A model generated the notes under the pieces. That model was not told where the DNA came from. It saw only the letters and a program-made list of their open reading frames with translations, and ran no database searches. The translations under genes were made by a program, and so were the position numbers. From assembly GCF_000253055.1 (NCBI RefSeq), contig NC_016070.1:1800001-1832000 (forward strand): a DNA stretch of 32,000 bases. The letters are read 5' to 3'. Below, piece by piece: positions 25,206-32,000 of this stretch. The DNA is from Thermoproteus tenax Kra 1 (lineage in GTDB: Archaea; Thermoproteota; Thermoprotei; Thermoproteales; Thermoproteaceae). Position 1 is the first letter of the stretch. Each line of letters starts with the position of its first letter.

Positions 25206-26357
25206 ATGCGGCGCAAGACCTTAGCTGTTAGAGGGCATGGATGGAGAGATCAGTTCGGCTCCCCTCTGCCCCCTATATACACGACGGCCATCTTTGAGCA
25301 AGTGGGGGAGGCGCGCAAGAGCGACAGAGGGGCGGACCTAAAGTACGCCCGTGAAGAGAACCCAACAGTCAGAGCCTTCGAGAGGGCTGTGGCCCAGTTG
25401 GAGCTCGGAGAGGACGCCCTCGCCTTCAACAGCGGAATGGCCTCAATAACCACTCTCTCTTTCTATCTGCTTAGCTCTGGGGACCTGCTCCTGACGACTA
25501 AGGAGGCGTATGGCGCCACTCTGAAGTTCTTTTCTTTTCTGGAGGGCAAATACGGGGTGAAGGCCGTAAAGGTTTTCCCAGAGACAGACGCTGTGGTCGA
25601 GGCAGTCAAGGGGAGGCCCAAAGTGGTCTTCCTGGAGACTATTACTAACCCCACTTTGAGAGTCTTGGACGTACCTGAGGTCATCAAGGCTGCGAGAGAT
25701 ATAGGCGCCACCGTGGTGGTCGACAACACCTTTGCAACGCCAGTGTTGGCCAATCCCCTGGGATGGGGTGCCGACTACGTAGTTCATTCAGCCACAAAGT
25801 ACATAGCAGGACACAACGATGTAGTAGGGGGAGTTGTAGTGGGCAAACGGATTGAGTTGGAGTTGTGGAGCCATCGGGCGATGCTCGGAAGCATTATGCA
25901 GCCGTTTGAGGCCTTCCTCTGCCTAAGAGGCATGAAGACGTTGTTCCAGCGCGTTGAGGCCCAGAGCAAGAGCGCCATGGCCATAGCCGAGTTCCTCTCG
26001 GAGCACAGCAAAGTCAAGGAAGTCCTATACCCAGGCCTTCCCACGCATCCCAACCACGATGTAGCAAGAAGGCTGTTCGGAGGACTTTACGGCGGGGTGC
26101 TCTCCTTCAGAGTGAGGGGAGGCAGAAGAGAGGTGGAGAGGGTCTTGTCGTCCCTAAAGCTTATAACACCGAGCCCCAGCCTTGGCGGCACAGAGACTAT
26201 AGCCACCTATCCTATCTTAAGCGCCGCCTCGCCGATACCTGAGGAGGACAGAAGGGAGTTAGGCATAACCGAGGACTTGATAAGGCTCTCGGTGGGTCTT
26301 GAGGACGTAGAGGACTTGATAGAGGATCTAGATCAAGCGCTAAAGTCCATCAACTGA
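25206..26357 (+). CDS. Cys/Met metabolism PLP-dependent enzyme (cystathionine gamma-synthase / gamma-lyase family)
   Basis: YAREENPTVRAFERAVAQLE, FNSGMASITT, VVDNTFATPVLANPLGWGADYVVHSATKYIAGHNDVVGG. Confidence 0.93.
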   Translation: MRRKTLAVRGHGWRDQFGSPLPPIYTTAIFEQVGEARKSDRGADLKYAREENPTVRAFERAVAQLELGEDALAFNSGMASITTLSFYLLSSGDLLLTTKEAYGATLKFFSFLEGKYGVKAVKVFPETDAVVEAVKGRPKVVFLETITNPTLRVLDVPEVIKAARDIGATVVVDNTFATPVLANPLGWGADYVVHSATKYIAGHNDVVGGVVVGKRIELELWSHRAMLGSIMQPFEAFLCLRGMKTLFQRVEAQSKSAMAIAEFLSEHSKVKEVLYPGLPTHPNHDVARRLFGGLYGGVLSFRVRGGRREVERVLSSLKLITPSPSLGGTETIATYPILSAASPIPEEDRRELGITEDLIRLSVGLEDVEDLIEDLDQALKSIN

Positions 26358-26382
26358 TTTAAGTAGAGGCCAACAAGCTCAT

Positions 26383-26799
26383 ATGAGAGTCGTCAGAACG
26401 GGTCTGCCGGTGACCGAGCTCCTAAACGAGCTCAGATCGGACCTACAGAGGGACGACTTGGAGGCGATGCAGAGGATACCTGCGCCGAAGGCTGGCGAGA
26501 GGTATAGAGACATAATAGCCGAGCTGTTCACCAAGTTCGGCGCTGCGGCTGTATATATCTACGTCAAAACCTCAAGGGGGGAGAAGCGGTATACAGTGCT
26601 CGCGCGTTATGACTGGTCGCTCGGAGGCTTCGCCGAGGGCTGGATTATTGAGGGCGACCAAGTCAGAATTTTCGAGCCAATTGGGATCAGCCTCAGCCAA
26701 TTCGGCGCCACGTTGGAGGAGTTCGGCGACTTGTTCTGGAGGACGGAGAATGCGCTGGCGGCTAGAAAAGTTGAGGCCGCTGGAAGGGAGACCCTCTAG
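26383..26799 (+). CDS. Hypothetical protein
   Basis: 138-aa uninterrupted ORF, 25 nt after the PLP enzyme gene; 3' end overlaps rps4e. No family recognised. Confidence 0.6.
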   Translation: MRVVRTGLPVTELLNELRSDLQRDDLEAMQRIPAPKAGERYRDIIAELFTKFGAAAVYIYVKTSRGEKRYTVLARYDWSLGGFAEGWIIEGDQVRIFEPIGISLSQFGATLEEFGDLFWRTENALAARKVEAAGRETL

Positions 26800-27503
26800 C
26801 TTATTTTTATCGACGCCTCTCCTACGGGCATAACGTAGTCGATAATGGTCCTTCTGACCTCGTCGCCGCTCTTCAACGCCACCGTCGAGAGCTTGCGTTT
26901 GAGCGTCCAGTTTATCTCCACCAACTGCCCGAAGAAGCCTGTGTTGCCTCCGTCGAATATTAGCGCGTTGACGCCCAACTTAAATGGCACATGTTGCTTG
27001 ATCCTTCGCTCAGAGAGCGAATATACGACGGAGTCGAAGGTCTTATACCTTAGACCCTCGTCTGGGCTCAATATGAGATTCCTGCCGTCGTGGAAATGCA
27101 GTTGTATCCTATTGCCGGACACGTAGTTCTTCCCCTCTACTCGGAGAAGCTTGAGGTCGGCTTCGCCACTGGATATAGCCACCGGCCTTATGTACTTCAC
27201 GGGGTCCGGCACTATCCTGTAGACTTCGCCAGTGGGCACTATCTCCACTATGTCCATGACCCCTACAGGGAATTTATACTCCCTCCGCACTCTGCCGTCA
27301 ACTTTTATATAGCCTCGCGAGATTATATACCTTGCCTCTCTCAGAGTTTTGGCGTATCGTAACAAGTCTCTGACAAAGATGGCAAGGGGCATGGACCTAT
27401 GGAGCTTATGCGGTCCCGTGACAGGCCTTACGGTCCATACGCCGCCCTCCTTCCTTGCTATTGGCCACCACGCCGGGGATGCCGCGCGTCGAAGATGGGG
27501 CAT
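26796..27503 (-). CDS. 30S ribosomal protein S4e
   Basis: HLRRAASPAWWPIARKEGGVWTVRPVTGPHKLHRSMPLAIFVRDLLRYAKTLREARYIISRGYIKVDGRVRREYKFPVGVMDIVEI. Confidence 0.95.
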   Translation of the reverse strand: MPHLRRAASPAWWPIARKEGGVWTVRPVTGPHKLHRSMPLAIFVRDLLRYAKTLREARYIISRGYIKVDGRVRREYKFPVGVMDIVEIVPTGEVYRIVPDPVKYIRPVAISSGEADLKLLRVEGKNYVSGNRIQLHFHDGRNLILSPDEGLRYKTFDSVVYSLSERRIKQHVPFKLGVNALIFDGGNTGFFGQLVEINWTLKRKLSTVALKSGDEVRRTIIDYVMPVGEASIKIS

Positions 27504-27525
27504 GCCCCACCCTTCAGGAGGCTTT

Positions 27526-27735
27526 TTAAGACTTTTCCTCGGCAGAGGAGTACTTCCGGTAGAGTATAGGCGCTATTATCCCTACGGCTATCCCCAAACC
27601 TCCTAGAGCAACGTCGCGGATGACTATGTCGTTTGATAACACATTAGCTAGAGATATGTCGTTAATGATTATGATAAGGCCCGTAAGCGCGGCCACTGCG
27701 CTTAATACATAGACTAGCACTGAACGCGCGCTCAT
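27526..27735 (-). CDS. Small two-helix membrane protein, hypothetical
   Basis: 69 aa with two hydrophobic segments: VLSAVAALTGLIIIINDI and VALGGLGIAVGIIAPILY. Confidence 0.5.
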   Translation of the reverse strand: MSARSVLVYVLSAVAALTGLIIIINDISLANVLSNDIVIRDVALGGLGIAVGIIAPILYRKYSSAEEKS

Positions 27736-27779
27736 GCTATCAGAAGCAACCCCTTTATTTAACGTATTGTCTTACGTGC

Positions 27780-28523
27780 GTGTATTTGGGAAAAGGAGCG
27801 GCGAGCATCATACTTCAGGCGCTACATGGGGCAAGGGAAAGAATAGTTCTATCGTCGCCTTGGATCGGCAAACGCTACGTTGAGCTATTAGTGGAAAAGG
27901 CGCTGTCAGGCGTGTCGGTGACCGTCATAACGATGGACTTATCTGACAACGACGGAAGACTCCTCGCCAACGCCGCCGATACTTACGGCGAAGAGGAGGT
28001 CTCTAAGAGGAGCAGAGAAGTGGCCCGACTGAGAGCTGAATTGAGGCGCGCAAGGACGGCTGTAGTCAGAGACCTTGCGCTCGCTCTTTTCGCTTCATCT
28101 ATTTTTATTTTATTAACAAAGATATATAATTCATATTTTTTTATTGGCTCTATATTATTTATCATTATTGGAATTATTATGATATTTATAAGGCGGAGGG
28201 CCGTGTCGGACGTTAGGGCGAGACTGGAGGAGGCCGAGGCCGAGTTGGAGAGGGCCGTTGCAAACACCGAGGTGCTTCGTGAGAAGCTGAGGCGCAACTT
28301 AAGGGCGATCGTGGTGCCGCTTAATCGGGGGTTCATCCACGCCAAGGTCTACATAGTTGATAACAAGGCGTGGGCATCGTCAGCAAATCTGACCGACAGC
28401 GGGCTATATAACAACGTCGAGTTCGTGATAGAGGTTGATCCAAAGGTCGCTGAGGACGCCCTGAGGAGGCTGTTGGCCGAGCTAATCGGCCAGTCTGATG
28501 AAGATGCCGGGATAATCAACTGA
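27780..28523 (+). CDS. Phospholipase D-motif protein with internal transmembrane hairpin and flanking coiled coils
   Basis: SSPWIGKRYVELLVEKALSGVSVTVITMD, then ALFASSIFILLTKIYNSYFFIGSILFIIIGIIMIFIRRR, then HKD motif IHAKVYIVDNKAWASSANLTDSGLYNNVE. Confidence 0.8.
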   Translation: MYLGKGAASIILQALHGARERIVLSSPWIGKRYVELLVEKALSGVSVTVITMDLSDNDGRLLANAADTYGEEEVSKRSREVARLRAELRRARTAVVRDLALALFASSIFILLTKIYNSYFFIGSILFIIIGIIMIFIRRRAVSDVRARLEEAEAELERAVANTEVLREKLRRNLRAIVVPLNRGFIHAKVYIVDNKAWASSANLTDSGLYNNVEFVIEVDPKVAEDALRRLLAELIGQSDEDAGIIN

Positions 28524-29735
28524 CATCTTGCCAGCTGAGACCAAGATGGTCTTGTGCCTTGACGCCAACTCTCTGAACAGCCTCTTTGTCTCACCGGTTT
28601 CTGCGAGCTCGAAGTCGCTCAGGACTATAACGACGGACTTGCGCCTGGCTTTAGAGAGCACGTACCGCAGCGCCTCGTCTGGTATCGTCCCCCCTCCCCC
28701 TCTCAGCCCCCTCCTCACTTTCTCCACGTCTGCCTCCCTCTTTAGCTCGATGGGCTCGTACGCTCTGACGTCCCACGGAACCAGCGTGATCTTTGTAGCG
28801 CCCGCCCTCAATACTCCGTATACCTCGGACATAAACCTTCTGAGCTTCTCGTCGTCGATCGACGCAGAGGTGTCTATCAAGATATATACATCGATGGGAT
28901 TTGAACCCAAGCCGATCTTGGAGGGATACCATTCGCTCTTCCTTGAGGGCCTTGACCACCGCTTTCTCACATCCCGAAGGTTGGCGAGCGCCTCCTCCAA
29001 CTCCGCCTTCAATAGCTTTCTCCAATCGAGGGTGGGCCTCTCCAGCTGGCCCACGATCCTCAACTGGCCTCCGGGCGAGGTGCCGGGATCCTTGTACGTC
29101 TGAAGCCTTCTAATGCCGCGCTCCAAGGCCCTTCTCACAGAGCCGGCGTCCTTCGCCCTCCGCACCTCCTCGGATCCTTGATTTATTAGACGGTAATCGG
29201 AGACCTCCTTGTCTCCTTCGGCTAGCCGCGATGACTGTTTGTACAGCCGAAATAGTTGCCTCCTGGACAGTTGCGAGAGCTTGGACGCTAGCTCTTCGGC
29301 GGACATCTTCAGTGCCGCAACCCTTGAGACGCCCACGTGGCCCGCCCTCAACATATCCCAGGGCACCTCGAAGCCGCTTGCCTCAAGCCTCTCGTTTATG
29401 ACCACGTCCGCTGCTACGTTGAAGGAGTAGGCTTCCTCGATCTTTCCCATCTTCATCAGATCCTTGGCCCTCTCCAAGTGGCCAAGATACGCGTGGAGAA
29501 CCTCGTGCATAAGGATGGCCGCTCTGTGTTCTGTGGACAGGGACTGTGAGAAGAACCTATCGCCGACCAAGATTGTGTTGCCGGTGAACATCGCATAGGC
29601 GTTCTTCGGGACATCCTTGGAATAGCCTATGGGAAACGACATGACTAAGAAGTAGTACGTGGGGTCCCTCATCATTAGGTACTCCTTGACCTTCTGGAAC
29701 TCGTTTAAAACGCGTTGGTCGTCCATCAGCTCCAC
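28482..29735 (-). CDS. VWA-fold / putative metallopeptidase-like protein (DUF2201, COG3864-like)
   Basis: HEVLHAYLGH (HExxH), NVAADVVINERL, and IDTSASIDDEKLRRFMSEVYGVL (MIDAS DxSxS). Confidence 0.88.
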   Translation of the reverse strand: MELMDDQRVLNEFQKVKEYLMMRDPTYYFLVMSFPIGYSKDVPKNAYAMFTGNTILVGDRFFSQSLSTEHRAAILMHEVLHAYLGHLERAKDLMKMGKIEEAYSFNVAADVVINERLEASGFEVPWDMLRAGHVGVSRVAALKMSAEELASKLSQLSRRQLFRLYKQSSRLAEGDKEVSDYRLINQGSEEVRRAKDAGSVRRALERGIRRLQTYKDPGTSPGGQLRIVGQLERPTLDWRKLLKAELEEALANLRDVRKRWSRPSRKSEWYPSKIGLGSNPIDVYILIDTSASIDDEKLRRFMSEVYGVLRAGATKITLVPWDVRAYEPIELKREADVEKVRRGLRGGGGTIPDEALRYVLSKARRKSVVIVLSDFELAETGETKRLFRELASRHKTILVSAGKMSVDYPGIFIRLAD

Positions 29736-29965
29736 AGAGCCGACGCAACTTTTCTGACCTTCAGCGGCAGCTGCGCCACAAACTCCTCGAGCACGTCGCG
29801 CCGCATGCCCACCCTCTCCTTGAAGAGTCTCACGGCCGTCGAGAGTATATATGCATAGAACTCCCGCTCCTCTTCAGCCAATTTTTCCAGTAGCCCCAAG
29901 TCTATCGATCTCCCCGACAAATACCTATCTACTAGCGCCTTAGCGTAAAGAGAGGCGGCTATCAA
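29726..29965 (-). CDS. Hypothetical small helical protein of the MoxR/VWA operon
   Basis: 79-aa ORF, 7 nt downstream of the AAA gene, overlaps the VWA gene by 10 nt. Confidence 0.6.
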   Translation of the reverse strand: MIAASLYAKALVDRYLSGRSIDLGLLEKLAEEEREFYAYILSTAVRLFKERVGMRRDVLEEFVAQLPLKVRKVASALWS

Positions 29966-29972
29966 CTTCTGC

Positions 29973-30890
29973 TCAAGATCGAACTTTTTCCAATGCTCTA
30001 GCGGTCTTTCGAAAAAAGTCTTTGGGCACCTTCGACATATAGAAATTTAAGAACTTGGAGCCCACAGACCTCCCCACGTTGCCGTATATTATTTCGGCAA
30101 CGGTGTCCTCATCCGCGTTACCGCCGATTATGTGTAGCTGAAGGGCCAGGCGGGTCCAAGATCTGGGCGTCGGGTAGGGCTCCAGCCCCTCGGGCTCTTT
30201 TGGCACCTCGAAAAGGAACGAGGGGCCCTCTCTCAAGAACTCGCAGACGGCCCTCTCCCACGCGCTCCCATATCTATTGTCCATGTATGTGCACCATTCG
30301 TCGACTGTGGGAGGTTCAACGTTGAGCACGGTGAGCCTATTGAGGAGGGGGGCCGGCAGAGGCTCGGCGTCGGCGCTCATAGAGGGCGGGTTTCCCGCGA
30401 GTACTATTATCACATCCGGCGAGATGCGCCAGCTCCACCCAGCCTTGCCCTCCTGCACGAGACTATAGAAGAATACTCTCTGGTCAGCTCTCTTTACATT
30501 GGTCATCTCGTCGATGAAGAACAAGCCTCTGCACTTAGATAGTATCATCAGCCTCACAGGCGTCAAGAAGTCTACGACGTCACCTGAGGTCAACGGCTTC
30601 GGTATCGATACGTCCTCGGGGAATATGTGGGGAGCCGCCACTCTGAAGTACACAAAGTAGTCTCTACAGTTGTCTACAAGCTTGCGGGCGGTTTCGTTGT
30701 CGACTATATCCAGATCGACGAATATCCTGCCCTCCTTCCTCGCGAGCTCCCTCGCGTACTGTTCAGTCACCTCGGTTTTCCCGATGCCGGGCCCTCCCAA
30801 CAATAGGGTTCTGTTGAGGGTCTCTGGAGGAAGATTAAGTATCTGAGTGATTCTGACCACATGGCATACCTCTTTCCAATATAAAACCAT
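29973..30890 (-). CDS. MoxR-type AAA+ ATPase
   Basis: Walker A LLGGPGIGKTEV, Walker B GLFFIDEMTN, sensor-1 VIIVLAGNPP-like segment (IIVLAGNPPSMSADAEPLPAPLLNRL), AAA sensor/arginine region. Confidence 0.9.
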   Translation of the reverse strand: MVLYWKEVCHVVRITQILNLPPETLNRTLLLGGPGIGKTEVTEQYARELARKEGRIFVDLDIVDNETARKLVDNCRDYFVYFRVAAPHIFPEDVSIPKPLTSGDVVDFLTPVRLMILSKCRGLFFIDEMTNVKRADQRVFFYSLVQEGKAGWSWRISPDVIIVLAGNPPSMSADAEPLPAPLLNRLTVLNVEPPTVDEWCTYMDNRYGSAWERAVCEFLREGPSFLFEVPKEPEGLEPYPTPRSWTRLALQLHIIGGNADEDTVAEIIYGNVGRSVGSKFLNFYMSKVPKDFFRKTARALEKVRS

Positions 30891-30914
30891 TTGGAGACGA
30901 TATAGCTAGCGAGG

Positions 30915-31667
30915 CTAGGAGAACAACAATTTGTAGAGCGCCAGGCACTCCTTATACGTGAGCCCCTCACAAGCCTTACCGGGCTTGCAGAACTCAGCCA
31001 AGTTGTTTACAAAAGCTACGGCGTCCTCTAGACGTCTAAAGAAGGCCGATGCATAGATGGCGCCGCTGAAGGCCCTCTTTATTATCGTTGCGCCTAAATC
31101 CTCAAGTATCTTCGGAGCCGCCATTATCACTGGGCAACCTCCTCTGATGGAGAGCCCTATATCGAAGCCGCCCTCGCATATATAGAGGTCCATGTCTCTG
31201 TTGTTGCTCACTATATACGCATAGATACATGCGCCTCTGAGGTCGACGTCTATGAACTTGGGCTCGATGAACTTGTAAACTACGTCTAAGAGCGCCGGGG
31301 CCTTGCGGTTCGCGCACTCGAGCGCCGACATGAAGTTCTCGAGCCCCTTAGTCGAGAAGGTCGAGTTGCCGTATCTGAGGACCACAGAGGCTCCGTGGAC
31401 GCTTATGTGGCTGAGCCTTCTTCCCCCTATGTTGCAGTAGACCGATCTCAACGAAGTTAAGCGCCACGTTGAAAGCCACGAGACGACGAAGGCCAGCGCC
31501 AGCGCCGTGGCTGCGACGTGGAGGCCTCTGATCCACAGAAAGGCGGACAGAAATAGGAATACGAGGAAGCCCCCACGCTCGAGGAAGAAGCGGTAGTAGC
31601 CAAGAAATAGCAACACCAATATTCCGTCTTCCAGATTAAAATTTCTTTTTCGAATGAAGTTCTGCAT
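30915..31667 (-). CDS. Hypothetical membrane-anchored protein
   Basis: 250 aa with two N-terminal hydrophobic segments (ILVLLFLGYYRFFLERGGFLVFLFLSAFLWI; AATALALAFVVSWL) and a Cys-containing soluble domain. 24 nt upstream of the AAA gene. Confidence 0.65.
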   Translation of the reverse strand: MQNFIRKRNFNLEDGILVLLFLGYYRFFLERGGFLVFLFLSAFLWIRGLHVAATALALAFVVSWLSTWRLTSLRSVYCNIGGRRLSHISVHGASVVLRYGNSTFSTKGLENFMSALECANRKAPALLDVVYKFIEPKFIDVDLRGACIYAYIVSNNRDMDLYICEGGFDIGLSIRGGCPVIMAAPKILEDLGATIIKRAFSGAIYASAFFRRLEDAVAFVNNLAEFCKPGKACEGLTYKECLALYKLLFS

Positions 31668-31816
31668 TTGGCGCAGAGCCGTTGAACACCTAGCCGAAAA
31701 CTACCCAATTTGCGAGAGGCTTGTTCCATTTTGGATCGGCCATCGGAAATGCCTCTAGGGGCTTTCTCCTCGCCTTAAGGGGCATCCACGATGCCTCAGC
31801 CGAGGAGTCTTGGGTT

Positions 31817-31859
31817 GTGACCCCCTCCTCGCCCTGATGGGTGAGGCTTTCTATTGTAA
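31817..31859. repeat. Copy D of dispersed palindromic element
   Basis: GTGACCCCCTCCTCGCCCTGATGGGTGAGGCTTTCTATTGTAA. 8-bp stem CCTCGCCC/GGGTGAGG (one G-T) at 31827-31834 / 31839-31846. Confidence 0.6.
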
Positions 31860-32000
31860 CAGCGTAGTCCCCTCTTGATGTCTACGATGGCTACGGCGTC
31901 GCGCCCTCTTCCGACCACAGTGAAGGAAGGCGAGAGGGCTCTGGGCAGATCTGCCGCGGGCCTGAACGCCTCTACAGATCGGAAGAGTTAAATCCCAGGC

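Noticed and set aside
27495-27525. GCCCCACCCTTCAGGAGGCTTTTTAA as a fifth copy of the palindromic element
   Set aside because: Superficially similar, but no stable symmetric stem and no TGACCC or TTGTAA flanks. It is better explained as the rps4e start and TATA box (CTTAAAAAG on the minus strand).
28100-28190. AT-rich stretch inside the PLD gene, possible insertion or horizontal-transfer scar
   Set aside because: The reading frame is intact and the bias is explained by Ile/Phe-rich codons of the transmembrane hairpin.
28528-29103. 191-aa ORF antisense to the VWA/HExxH gene
   Set aside because: Low-complexity Ser/Pro/Leu composition typical of antisense frames. The sense gene has clear catalytic and MIDAS motifs.
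1-32000. tRNA or CRISPR repeats
   Set aside because: I scanned for a B-box (GGTTCGAAT-like) and for regularly spaced direct repeats and found none convincing. Split or heavily intron-containing tRNAs cannot be excluded by eye; tRNAscan-SE would settle it.

Overview
This window is a gene-dense, GC-rich crenarchaeal chromosome segment. The gene content and TATA-box spacing look Thermoproteales-like (Thermoproteus/Pyrobaculum type). Most of it is core housekeeping. One block carries information-processing genes: aIF5A, DUF655, RpoF, L21e, a GPN-loop GTPase, SRP19, S8e, TFB, Gar1-like, a candidate TFE-beta, ThpR and the CCA-adding enzyme. Metabolic genes include SerA plus a class-V aminotransferase, PfkB, a Cys/Met PLP enzyme, an ornithine cyclodeaminase/alanine dehydrogenase family member, a radical SAM protein and partial apgM. 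I saw no rRNA, recognisable tRNA, CRISPR array or intact transposase. The most interesting regions are: (1) 28.5-31.7 kb, a compact minus-strand run of membrane protein, MoxR-type AAA ATPase, 79-aa protein and HExxH/VWA protein, facing a PLD-motif protein interrupted by a membrane hairpin; (2) a dispersed palindromic element seen about four times (5.87, 6.07, 17.87 and 31.83 kb). Its 5.87/6.07 kb pair brackets an extremely GC-rich, hairpin-forming segment that could be a transposase-less IS200/IS605-type or TnpB/omegaRNA-like remnant, or a free-standing structured RNA; (3) a winged-helix protein with a tetrapyrrole-methylase-like C-terminal domain next to a ThiF/MoeB-like E1 protein; (4) a LolD-like ABC ATPase overlapping a large surface protein gene with no permease in sight; (5) a 56-aa ORF missed by the supplied track. 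All family assignments come from sequence motifs read by eye. No database search was run.
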